From contig CAYWWP010000003.1 in NCBI GenBank assembly GCA_964462415.1, forward strand, positions 1 through 46,560: 46,560 nt of DNA, read 5' to 3'. A program made the translations under genes and the position numbers. Within the stretch, counting starts at the first letter, position 1, and every line of letters starts with the position of its first letter. The notes beneath the pieces are model-generated. The model saw nothing but the letters and a program-made list of their open reading frames with translations, was not told the origin of the DNA and did not search any database. The DNA is from an uncultured Candidatus Saccharibacteria bacterium. Its GTDB lineage: Bacteria; Patescibacteriota; Minisyncoccia; Phycocordibacterales; Phycocordibacteraceae. This document shows positions 1 through 9,798 of the stretch, piece after piece.

Positions 1-43
1 TAAAGAATGCAGTGCGCGGGGGCATGAGTACAGTATATAGGAG

Positions 44-64
44 CGGAGGCGGCGATGTTCGAAC
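44..64 (-). repeat. tRNA-Ser 3'-end-like fragment (acceptor/T-loop remnant), possible displaced att half-site
   Basis: cggaggcggcgaTGttcgaac matches 971-991 (cggaggcggcgaGAttcgaac, the 3' end of the intact tRNA-Ser) at 19/21 positions in the same orientation. No 5' acceptor strand or anticodon arm follows, so it is not a full tRNA. Confidence 0.45.
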
Positions 65-171
65 CGGACAGGTCGCCCTTTCGCCATTTGGCTTATCTAC
101 TTTATATTTTATTTCGACTGCTCGGTTCGAATCCCAGCGGGTTTTTCTCCTGCGTGCCCTTATGGATCCGG

Positions 172-199
172 TTGGAACCTGAACATAGAACATGATAAT
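172..199 (+). promoter_or_regulatory. sigma70-like promoter for the 235-801 ORF
   Basis: TTGGAA (172-177), 16-nt spacer, GATAAT (194-199). It is followed by an AAGGAG SD at 223-228, 6 nt before the ATG at 235. Confidence 0.4.
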
Positions 200-234
200 G
201 TGCCCCAGGACTCAGGACCTGAAAGGAGCGTCCA

Positions 235-801
235 ATGGCTTCCATCGTTTTCGATGAAGAGCGGAGCAAGTGCAATCTACCTACCTGGCGCGTGCAGGAT
301 TCCCAGTACCCCGGACATGTCAGCCTCGAAGCTACGCCCTGGCGCGGCAAGTTCACCTCCTGGCTGAAGGGTGTCGCCATGCCTCTCCCGAATTTCGCCC
401 CGGAGCGTGCGCCTGCCTGGGAGGAGTTCATGTCCGCCAAGCACTACCGCACTGACGGCGGCACAGTGTCGGCGACCGGCATGTTCCCCGATCTCATCAA
501 TGAGAGTAGCGCGGTTCCGATTACCGATGATGCCGAGCTGCGCTCGCTGTACGAGGATCAGGTCAGGCAGACTCGCATCACCGAGGTCGACAACAAGAAG
601 CGGTCGGTGACGTGGCACCTGGCCTGCGACGACTCGCCGGGCGCCATGGTCTGGTTCTCATGCTTCTGGGAACCCACGGAAGCGGTGGATGACCAGAAGT
701 CGGTGAAGGTGACTTTCACGCCGTCGTGGATCGCGCAGCTCAGGCACTGGTTCTCGCTGAAGCCGTGGTCGATTACCATCCACGCGCCGCAAGCCGCGTA
801 A
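235..801 (+). CDS. hypothetical Trp-rich cytosolic protein (188 aa), no recognisable family
   Basis: Long ORF with its own promoter-like boxes, a strong SD and a hairpin terminator. About four-fifths of codons end in G/C by my manual count. There is no signal peptide or TM segment. Confidence 0.7.
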   Translation: MASIVFDEERSKCNLPTWRVQDSQYPGHVSLEATPWRGKFTSWLKGVAMPLPNFAPERAPAWEEFMSAKHYRTDGGTVSATGMFPDLINESSAVPITDDAELRSLYEDQVRQTRITEVDNKKRSVTWHLACDDSPGAMVWFSCFWEPTEAVDDQKSVKVTFTPSWIAQLRHWFSLKPWSITIHAPQAA

Positions 802-821
802 CCCTTCGGGCTCGACTTACA

Positions 822-852
822 ACGGGGCACGTCAATGACGTGCCCCGTTTTC
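822..852 (+). terminator. rho-independent terminator
   Basis: acggggcacgtca / tgacgtgccccgt inverted repeat followed by a TTTT run, 20 nt after the stop codon. Confidence 0.7.
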
Positions 853-970
853 CATACCAATAGCTTTAATTCGAATTCCTTCGGGGGTGGGTTAGATTTC
901 CCAAAACAGTGCTTCGTAATAACAGCCTAGAGTAAGGCTCTCGGGTCTATCCGATACAAAGTACTTAGGG

Positions 971-1057
971 CGGAGGCGGCGAGATTCGAACTCGCGAGAG
1001 GTTTTACCCCCTACTCGCTTTCCAAGCGAGCGCACTAGACCACTATGCGACGCCTCC
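971..1057 (-). tRNA. tRNA-Ser (anticodon GGA), class II with long variable arm, CCA not encoded
   Basis: The reverse complement folds as a cloverleaf. Acceptor GGAGGCG/CGCCTCC, anticodon stem CTCGC/GCGAG with loop TTGGAAA, T arm GCGAG-TTCGAAT-CTCGC. Confidence 0.9.
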
Positions 1058-1083
1058 AGTGTCTTTTGTTTATAGCACAGAAC

Positions 1084-1110
1084 AAAACAGCCCGCGTAGC
1101 GGGCTGTTTT
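1084..1110 (-). terminator. rho-independent terminator downstream of htpX
   Basis: aaaacagcccgc-gta-gcgggctgtttt hairpin with a T-run on the minus strand. Confidence 0.6.
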
Positions 1111-1116
1111 GTGGTC

Positions 1117-2004
1117 TTAGTTGTGACCCAGTAGTGCTTTCACACGCGCCTCCACAGGCGGATGTGTCGCAAAGAGTCCGTTCACAAACCCTGCCGCTTT
1201 CGCAAATGGGTCCGCAATGAATAGGTGCGCGGTTGCGTGAGACGCATGCTGCATCGGCTGACTGTACTGCGATATCTTCATGAGTGCACTCGCAAGTCCT
1301 TCTGGGTAGCGTGTGAGGAGTGCTCCCGACGCATCTGCAAGAAACTCGCGCTTGCGTGAGATAGCGAGCTGGATGAGCTGCGCCGCTATTGGCGCAAGAA
1401 TTACACCTACAATCGCAAGCACCATGAAAAGGCCTCCGCGATTATCGTCGCGATTGCCACCAAACATAGCGGTGCGCAGGAACATGTCCGCCACTATGGC
1501 GAGGAATCCTGCGAGCACTACGGCTACCGTCATCACCAGCATGTCGCGGTTCTTCACGTGCGAGAGCTCGTGCGCAATGACTCCTTCGAGCTCCTTGCGA
1601 TCAAGCATGGCAAGCAGACCGGTAGTGGCTGCGACCACAGCATGCTTTTCATCGCGACCAGTCGCAAACGCGTTTGGCGCTGGGTCATCGATAACGTAGA
1701 GCTTCGGCATAGGAAGCCCCGCGGTTATCGCCATATTCTCCGTGACCGTATAGAGGTCAAAGAATTCCTCGCGCGTAGCTGGGCGTGCTCCTGTCATAAA
1801 GAGCACCTGCTTGTCGCTGAACCAGAAGCTCCAGACGTTCATGAATATCGCAAAGAAGAATGCGACGTACATGATGCTTGGATTCTGGTAGTACCAGGAC
1901 ACGGCGTAGCCAATACCAAGCACAATCGCCAGGAACACCGACATGAGAAGCGCGGTGCGCCATGCGTTACGAGAGCGTTGTGTGTAGAGTGTTGAAGCTG
2001 CCAT
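1117..2004 (-). CDS. htpX: M48-family zinc metalloprotease HtpX
   Basis: HELSH zinc motif (IAHELSHVKNRD), 4 TM segments, typical HtpX length. Sits directly downstream of lemA. Confidence 0.93.
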   Translation of the reverse strand: MAASTLYTQRSRNAWRTALLMSVFLAIVLGIGYAVSWYYQNPSIMYVAFFFAIFMNVWSFWFSDKQVLFMTGARPATREEFFDLYTVTENMAITAGLPMPKLYVIDDPAPNAFATGRDEKHAVVAATTGLLAMLDRKELEGVIAHELSHVKNRDMLVMTVAVVLAGFLAIVADMFLRTAMFGGNRDDNRGGLFMVLAIVGVILAPIAAQLIQLAISRKREFLADASGALLTRYPEGLASALMKISQYSQPMQHASHATAHLFIADPFAKAAGFVNGLFATHPPVEARVKALLGHN

Positions 2005-2010
2005 TGTGAA

Positions 2011-2574
2011 TTAGAAGGACACGGCAACTGGCTCGCGCTGTGCAGCATCCGTAAGCTCGAAGAGATCCATCTTCATAAAGCCGAAGCTGCCTGCAACAAG
2101 GTTGCCTGGGAAGGACTCAATAGAAGTGTTGAGTGCCATAACGGTCTGGTTGTAGAAGCGGCGTGCAGCCTGAATCTTGTCTTCAGTGTCCCCCAGCTCC
2201 TTCTGCAACTGCAGGAAGTTCTGGTTTGCCTTAAGGTCTGGGTACGCCTCAGCAACCGCAAAGAGTGACTTGAGCGTGCCTGTGAGCTCGTTTTCTGCCT
2301 GCGCCTTCTGCGTTGGCGTACCTGCCTCGCCTACGCCCATAGCAGCAGCACGTGCCTTGGTCACATTTTCAAATGCAGCTGATTCATGCGTTGCGTATCC
2401 CTTAACCGTGTTTACGAGATTAGGAATAAGGTCATAGCGACGCTTAAGCTGCACATCAATATCTGCCCATGCTTCCTGCGCCTGATTGCGCTTCGCAACG
2501 AAGCCATTGAACATAGCGATCACTGCAACGATAAGCACTGCAATGATGCCGAGAACGATATACAACATAGTCAT
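2011..2574 (-). CDS. lemA: LemA family membrane protein
   Basis: N-terminal TM segment plus the conserved LemA core (QLKRRYDLIPNLV...YPDLKAN..F..LQ.EL..TE.KI..AR..YN). Confidence 0.93.
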   Translation of the reverse strand: MTMLYIVLGIIAVLIVAVIAMFNGFVAKRNQAQEAWADIDVQLKRRYDLIPNLVNTVKGYATHESAAFENVTKARAAAMGVGEAGTPTQKAQAENELTGTLKSLFAVAEAYPDLKANQNFLQLQKELGDTEDKIQAARRFYNQTVMALNTSIESFPGNLVAGSFGFMKMDLFELTDAAQREPVAVSF

Positions 2575-2684
2575 ATTGTGTGTGGAGTTAGTACCTCTAT
2601 AGTATAGCGCCTAGACCAATGGCAACAATATTGCGTAATTTCGTAGGCGCGGTACCCTACTAGACAGAGACAAGGAGGTGTCCT

Positions 2685-2846
2685 ATGGGTTATGAACCGG
2701 GAATGGGTAAGGCGTTCCTGATGGTGCTGCTCTTCATCGGTCTCTTCGGAGTCTGGAATATGTGGCTCAGGCAGTTCGCTGAGTACATCCTCCAGGGCCT
2801 GTTTGGAACCGACGACTACGAGAGCCGCAACCCCGCGTACGAGTAA
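2685..2846 (+). CDS. small single-TM protein (53 aa), unknown family
   Basis: AAGGAGG (2672-2678), N6, ATG. One hydrophobic helix (KAFLMVLLFIGLFGVWNMWL). Below the 60-aa cutoff of the ORF track. Confidence 0.45.
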   Translation: MGYEPGMGKAFLMVLLFIGLFGVWNMWLRQFAEYILQGLFGTDDYESRNPAYE

Positions 2847-2857
2847 GGAGGCCAGTC

Positions 2858-2995
2858 ATGCACGACATGCCTCTTCCCCTGCAGCTACTCATTGCCTTTG
2901 CGGTTTGCTGCTTAGTCGGTTTCCTCTTTTTGGAGCGCTTTGCTGGCGACAGCGATGAATGGCCTCGTGACTGGTGGAAACTATGGCGACGATGA
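2858..2995 (+). CDS. small single-TM protein (45 aa), unknown family
   Basis: AAGGAGG (2845-2851, overlapping the upstream stop codon), N6, ATG. TM helix LLIAFAVCCLVGFLFL with a Trp/Arg-rich tail. Confidence 0.45.
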   Translation: MHDMPLPLQLLIAFAVCCLVGFLFLERFAGDSDEWPRDWWKLWRR

Positions 2996-3000
2996 ACTAA

Positions 3001-3030
3001 CGCCCCGAGCACAATTGCATGCTCGGGGCG
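3001..3030 (+). terminator. GC-rich hairpin after the sORF pair
   Basis: cgccccgagca ... tgctcggggcg stem starting 6 nt after the stop codon. No clear T-run follows. Confidence 0.45.
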
Positions 3031-3093
3031 CTTCACTTGCAGAACTATCCGCCGATACGTAGAGTGTCCCACAGACCACCCCGGGAGGAACCT

Positions 3094-3273
3094 ATGCGAT
3101 TCGTATTGGTGCTGCATACTCACTCGACCCTTGCGCCGCTTGCAAGCCGCACGCGTCTCGAGCACGTCATCCTTGAGCGCCCAAAGCGGATTGCGTACCC
3201 GAACCCGGGCGGCACGCCGCCCGTACGCTCACAGGTGTCTTCGCGCAAACCCTTTGGCGCACACCGCACCTAA
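3094..3273 (+). CDS. possible small basic Pro/Arg-rich protein (59 aa)
   Basis: GGAGG (3084-3088), N5, ATG. The composition is odd and the region could equally be non-coding structured sequence. Confidence 0.2.
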   Translation: MRFVLVLHTHSTLAPLASRTRLEHVILERPKRIAYPNPGGTPPVRSQVSSRKPFGAHRT

Positions 3274-3281
3274 ACGCACCA

Positions 3282-3304
3282 GGCCCGCACACATTGTGCG
3301 GGCC
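3282..3304. terminator. hairpin between the GC-rich patch and the groEL 3' end
   Basis: ggcccgcac-acatt-gtgcgggcc. A T6 run lies 9 nt downstream on the plus strand. It also lies just past the groEL stop on the minus strand. Confidence 0.5.
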
Positions 3305-3335
3305 TGTACTCATTTTTTAGATGAAGTGATGGCGA

Positions 3336-5286
<1,951 letters not shown>

Positions 5287-5458
5287 AAAAATTACGCTCT
5301 TAGAGAGATTAATAAGAACGCGAATATGTGCGTTTTCAAGCCTTTCTGGGACATACCCAGAAAAGTTATCCCCAGTATAGAGCGAGTGTTTGGGCCGTCA
5401 ACAGTCGGGCGCCAGTGCTTGAACTCCCCTGTATCCCATGGTATGCTCGGGGCTACAG

Positions 5459-5689
5459 ATGGAATCGCTCAAGGCAGTACTGCCACACATCGAGATAACG
5501 CTTTCCCTACTCCTCATCATCGGTATTGTGCTTCAACAGCGCGGTGCCAACCTCGGAGGAGCATTTGGAGGTGATAACTTCGCTTCTACGTTCTACAAGC
5601 GCCGTGGCGCTGAGAAGTTCCTATTCCAGGCAACTATCGTAGTCGCTATTCTCTTTGTAGTAGCAGCTGTGCTCGGCTTCCTTCTCTAA
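5459..5689 (+). CDS. secG: preprotein translocase subunit SecG
   Basis: Two TM helices flank a Gly-rich loop (LQQRGANLGGAFGG). Start moved to the internal Met (MESLKAV...). Confidence 0.8.
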   Translation: MESLKAVLPHIEITLSLLLIIGIVLQQRGANLGGAFGGDNFASTFYKRRGAEKFLFQATIVVAILFVVAAVLGFLL

Positions 5690-5697
5690 TACCTTTC

Positions 5698-7428
5698 ATG
5701 ACATCGGGGCGTTTTCCACGCTTCCTCGACGTTTTCACCAAGCACCGTACCGTCGGTCCGCTTGAGAGACTGTCAGGCTACATACGTTCGCTTCCTCCCG
5801 GCGACCGCGTTATCGCAAGCATCCTTGGTGTGCTTGTGGTGAGCATTAGCATTGTCGCCACAGGTGCGCTTTTGCGCTCTTTTATGGTAGTGGTGCCTAC
5901 CTATGGTGGCTCGGTAACCGAGGGCTCTATCGGTAGCCCACGCTTCGTGAATCCGCTTCTGGCGCTTTCAGACGCAGACCGCGACATGACCGCACTTACC
6001 TTTGCAGGGCTCATGGGTCTATCAGGAGACGGCAGTATCGTACCGGTACTCGCTGAGACGTATTCCGTATCTGATGACGGAAAGGTATACACCTTCGTGC
6101 TCAAGCATGGCGTGAAGTTTTCAGACGGTACCGCGGTCACCGCTGAAGATGTGGTCTTTACGGTAGAAAAGGCGCAAGATCCAGCACTCAAGAGTCCTGA
6201 GTACGCAAACTGGGCAAATATTCGTGCAGAGGTAGTAGACGCACGCACCGTGCGCTTTACCCTTCCGAAGCCATACGCACCATTCCTTGCTGACACTACG
6301 CTCGGTATTTTGCCGTCGCATCTGTGGCGCAATGTAGGCAATGACAAATTCGCCTTCTCGCCCCTGATGCAGCATCCTGTCGGCGCAGGTCCATTCCGCG
6401 TCACCAAGGTGATTGAAGACAAGGATGGCGCTATCACCGAGTATCAACTCGCATACAACCCGTACTTCGCGCTCGGACGTCCATACCTCAACACTATGCG
6501 GGTGAAGTTTTATCCAGACCACACTGCACTGCAGGCCGCGTATAAGTCAGGTAAGGTTCAGAATGCATATAGCGTCATGACTCCGCACAGTCTGCGTGCG
6601 CCATATGCTCGTGTATTCGGTGTGTTCTTTAACAAGAAGCAGAATCCTGCACTTGGAGACCTTGCTATGCGCAAAGCGCTCTCTGTCGCTATCGACCGCG
6701 AACACATTGTGGAAGACATACAGGGTGGCGCTGCTACGGCAGTTATGGGTCCGGTGCCCCCAGGCACGGGCATTGTAGGCCCTGCCATACCTGATACCGC
6801 AACTCGCATTGAGTCTGCCAAGCAGATACTCGCCGATGGTGGATGGACCTATGACGACACCGCTGGTACCTGGAAGAACACGAAGGCAAAGCTTTCGCTC
6901 GACACCATAGTCATTCGCACATCGACGGTTCCAGAGCTTCGCTCGGTGGTGTCTTCTGTGCAGACAGACTGGCAAGCTATCGGCGTACCGGTCTCTGTCG
7001 AGTTGTACGAGCCAGGTGTCCTTACCAAAGACGTCATTCGTCCGCGCGCATACCAGGCCCTCTTGTTTGGCATGGTCGTGGGCCGTGGACAAGACCTCTA
7101 TGCATTCTGGGACTCAAGTGAACAGGCAGACCCTGGCCTTAACATTGCGTCGTATGCAAACAAGAGTGTAGATACTCTGCTTGAGAAGGCACGCACCGAG
7201 CGCGACCCTCAGAAAGCAGCTGCACTTATCCAGGACGCGAGCGACAAGATTGCTCAAGAATACCCAGCTGCCTTTACGCACGCACCAGAATTCTTGTATG
7301 CTATCTCTAATACCCTGTATGGAGTTAGCCTCCCGCAGATTGCCGCACCAGCAGACCGTTTCGCGACTGTCGCTACGTGGTATCGAGAGCGTGCATACGT
7401 CTGGCCGTTTCTTGCGACTAGTCATTAG
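5698..7428 (+). CDS. family-5 (peptide/nickel type) ABC substrate-binding protein, N-terminally membrane-anchored
   Basis: 576 aa. An N-terminal TM anchor is followed by an SBP_bac_5-like core (LLALSDADRDMTALTFAGL..., KFSDGT..TAEDVVFT). No permease or ATPase gene is adjacent. Confidence 0.85.
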   Translation: MTSGRFPRFLDVFTKHRTVGPLERLSGYIRSLPPGDRVIASILGVLVVSISIVATGALLRSFMVVVPTYGGSVTEGSIGSPRFVNPLLALSDADRDMTALTFAGLMGLSGDGSIVPVLAETYSVSDDGKVYTFVLKHGVKFSDGTAVTAEDVVFTVEKAQDPALKSPEYANWANIRAEVVDARTVRFTLPKPYAPFLADTTLGILPSHLWRNVGNDKFAFSPLMQHPVGAGPFRVTKVIEDKDGAITEYQLAYNPYFALGRPYLNTMRVKFYPDHTALQAAYKSGKVQNAYSVMTPHSLRAPYARVFGVFFNKKQNPALGDLAMRKALSVAIDREHIVEDIQGGAATAVMGPVPPGTGIVGPAIPDTATRIESAKQILADGGWTYDDTAGTWKNTKAKLSLDTIVIRTSTVPELRSVVSSVQTDWQAIGVPVSVELYEPGVLTKDVIRPRAYQALLFGMVVGRGQDLYAFWDSSEQADPGLNIASYANKSVDTLLEKARTERDPQKAAALIQDASDKIAQEYPAAFTHAPEFLYAISNTLYGVSLPQIAAPADRFATVATWYRERAYVWPFLATSH

Positions 7429-7540
7429 CCAGTAGTTCAAATCCTCGCGTACCCTACGCACGGAGATTGGAGCTAGCGGCTAGTGACTCATCACAACGAG
7501 CCATTATCAAGAACAATTACTCAGTAACTTACGTATATTC

Positions 7541-9487
7541 ATGTCAGCAGCACCAGCGCCAGCACCGGCACCATTCTCACGCCCTTCAGACGCCCAGGAG
7601 TCTCAGACAACCACACCTCGTGAAGGAGGTCGCCCTCGAGGCTCTCGCGGAGGCCGTGGTCGCCGTGGTGGGCAGAATCGCGCAGGTGGCGAAGGCCGCC
7701 CAGGTCGCGTATCGCGCCAGATTCGTCGCACCCTTCGTCGTCCAGGTGGTTCTCCTCAAGGAGGCGCACCACAGGGCGATAAGAAGCGTCCTGATTACTT
7801 CCCTGCACCCGTAGATGAAAAGACGGTGCGTATCGTGCCGCTTGGCGGCGTGGAGGAAGTAGGTCGCAACATGTTCGCCGTTGAGTCTGGAAACGATATT
7901 TTCGTATGTGATGTCGGTTTCCAGTTCGTATCAGAAGACGGTAATCCAGGCGTGGACTACGTGCTTCCAAACACCAAGTATCTTGAGTACAACCAGGATC
8001 GTGTCCGCGGCGTGTTCATCACCCACGGTCACCTCGACCACATCGGCGGTATTCCATTCCTTATGGGCCGCTTCGGCAATCCGCCTATCTACACCCGCAA
8101 TCTCTCAGCGGTGATGATTCAGAAGCGTCAGGAGGAATATCCTGATCAGCCAGCACTCGATTTGCGTGTCGTGGAGCCAGGTTCTACTCATACCGTCGGT
8201 AGCCATCGCGTGAAGTTCTTCCCGGTGACACACTCGATTCCAGACTCAATGGGTATCTCTATCGAGACCCCATGGGGCAACGTGGTAACCACCGGCGACC
8301 TCAAGCTTGATCACGATAACGGCATCCCTGCCGATCACGAGCAGAAGAAGTGGGGTGCTATCGGAAAGGACAACAACCTTCTCTTTATTGCTGACTCAAC
8401 GAACGCTGAGCGCGATGGCTTCTCTATTCCAGAGAAGCGCGTGAACGATACGCTTGAAAACATCGTTCGTACCGTGCAGGGCCGTCTCATCATCGGCACC
8501 TTTGCGTCACAGTTCGAGCGCATGATTCGCATCATTGAGATTGCAGAGTCTATGGGTAAGAAAGTGGTAACTGAGGGCCGCTCTATCCGCACCAACCTCG
8601 AAATTGCTCAGAAGACAGGACTTCTCACTATCAAAAAGGACACGCTCATCACCGCCCAGGATATTCCTGACTACCCTGCGGACAGGATCGTAGTACTCGC
8701 GACGGGAGCACAAGGTGAGGAGTTTGCCGCCCTCATGCGTATCGCTACCAAGCAGCACAAGAACATTGTGCTCTCACCACGCGATACCGTTGTACTTTCG
8801 TCATCGGTCATTCCAGGTAACGAAATCTCGGTACAGCGCCTAAAGGACAATCTCTACCGCAATGGCGCGTCCCTCATCCACTACCGCTCAAGCGACGTGC
8901 ACTCTACCGGTCACGGAAACTCGGGCGAGCTCGTGTGGATCAACCAGCAGGTGGGCGCCAAGTTCTTCATGCCAGCGTACGGCTACTACTCTATGACGAG
9001 CTGCCACGCTAAGGCGGTAGAGCAAGCAGGACGCCCACGCGAGGAAATTATCCTTGCGGACAACGGCATGGTTATCGATATCATCGAAGGCAAGACGCTC
9101 AACATTCACAAGGAGAAGGTGCCTTCAGCACCACTCATCGTGGACGGCTTCTCTATCGGGGATATGCAGGAAGTGGTCATCCGTGACCGCCAGATGCTCG
9201 CAAAGGACGGTATGTTCGTCATCATTGCGACCGTTAACCTCAAGACCGGTAAACTCCGTAAGTCTCCAGATATCATCAGCCGCGGCTTCGTGTACCTGCG
9301 TGAAAACCAGGAGATGCTCAATCAGGCACGACTCTTGATTAAGAAGACCGTGGAAGACACCACCGAAGGCATGAATCCAGTCGATCTCGACTTTGTAAAG
9401 AACGCACTCTCAGACACCATGGCTGGCTACCTCTTCACGAGGACCAACAAGGCTCCTATGGTGATTCCGGTGCTGATTGGCGTATAA
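7541..9487 (+). CDS. rnj: ribonuclease J with an Arg/Gly-rich N-terminal extension
   Basis: Metallo-beta-lactamase HxHxDH motif (ITHGHLDHIGG), beta-CASP region and C-terminal domain. The first ~95 residues are low-complexity RGG/PA repeats. Confidence 0.9.
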   Translation: MSAAPAPAPAPFSRPSDAQESQTTTPREGGRPRGSRGGRGRRGGQNRAGGEGRPGRVSRQIRRTLRRPGGSPQGGAPQGDKKRPDYFPAPVDEKTVRIVPLGGVEEVGRNMFAVESGNDIFVCDVGFQFVSEDGNPGVDYVLPNTKYLEYNQDRVRGVFITHGHLDHIGGIPFLMGRFGNPPIYTRNLSAVMIQKRQEEYPDQPALDLRVVEPGSTHTVGSHRVKFFPVTHSIPDSMGISIETPWGNVVTTGDLKLDHDNGIPADHEQKKWGAIGKDNNLLFIADSTNAERDGFSIPEKRVNDTLENIVRTVQGRLIIGTFASQFERMIRIIEIAESMGKKVVTEGRSIRTNLEIAQKTGLLTIKKDTLITAQDIPDYPADRIVVLATGAQGEEFAALMRIATKQHKNIVLSPRDTVVLSSSVIPGNEISVQRLKDNLYRNGASLIHYRSSDVHSTGHGNSGELVWINQQVGAKFFMPAYGYYSMTSCHAKAVEQAGRPREEIILADNGMVIDIIEGKTLNIHKEKVPSAPLIVDGFSIGDMQEVVIRDRQMLAKDGMFVIIATVNLKTGKLRKSPDIISRGFVYLRENQEMLNQARLLIKKTVEDTTEGMNPVDLDFVKNALSDTMAGYLFTRTNKAPMVIPVLIGV

Positions 9488-9563
9488 GAATCGTTCGTCA
9501 TTTGAATCTCAACCCTGGCAGACCTTAACGGGTTAGATTCAAATAACTCACTCACAGCGAGTA

Positions 9564-9599
9564 TTAGAAAACACACTGCAGACGCAGTGTGTTTTCTAA
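9564..9599 (+). terminator. rho-independent terminator of rnj
   Basis: ttagaaaacacactgc-agac-gcagtgtgttttctaa is a perfect 16-bp stem with a U-rich 3' side. It is preceded by a second hairpin at 9501-9544. Confidence 0.7.
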
Positions 9600-9616
9600 T
9601 CTAGCTACTGAGCGAA

Positions 9617-9773
9617 CATACTCCTGATACTGCGCTAAACCGAAAGCAGCCGAAGTGCAGGGAGTCAGAAATGAAAGAATCATATTAGCGCAGCGATCTG
9701 TGATTTTTCATTACTCTGACGACCATGCACTTCGTGCGCCCTGGAGGACGGGCTGCGCAGTATCAGGAGTATG
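9617..9773. repeat. 157-nt imperfect palindrome (MITE-like element or long RNA hairpin)
   Basis: 19-nt perfect terminal inverted repeats catactcctgatactgcgc (9617-9635) and gcgcagtatcaggagtatg (9755-9773). Nested inner pairs are gaagtgca/tgcacttc and gtcagaaatgaaa/tttcattactctgac. Flanks GAGCGAA and GAGTGAA resemble a target duplication. Confidence 0.6.
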
Positions 9774-9798
9774 CGAGTGAAGTGCTAGAATACAACAA

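Noticed and set aside
1-234. Possible complete tRNA or tmRNA gene at the window start (T-loop-like ttcgaac at 58-64 and ggttcgaatcc at 124-134)
   Set aside because: Neither fragment has a complementary 5' acceptor strand, D arm or anticodon arm within range. The T stems do not pair (TCCGG versus ATCGC; CTCGG versus CCCAG has a central mismatch). I treat them as tRNA-end debris or att remnants. A gene extending beyond the window start cannot be excluded.
2597-2610. Exact 14-nt repeat ctatagtatagcgc, also at 39959-39972, considered as a mobile or regulatory repeat
   Set aside because: Both copies sit 26-31 nt upstream of minus-strand gene starts (lemA and the 89-aa anchored protein). On that strand they read GCGCTATACTATAG, which is a -10 promoter core. 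A few exact 14-mers are expected by chance in 46.5 kb, so I treat it as promoter similarity rather than a repeat family.
5287-5458. CIRCE (HrcA) operator upstream of groES
   Set aside because: No TTAGCACTC-N9-GAGTGCTAA-like inverted repeat is present in the groES-secG spacer. Heat-shock control, if any, must use another element.
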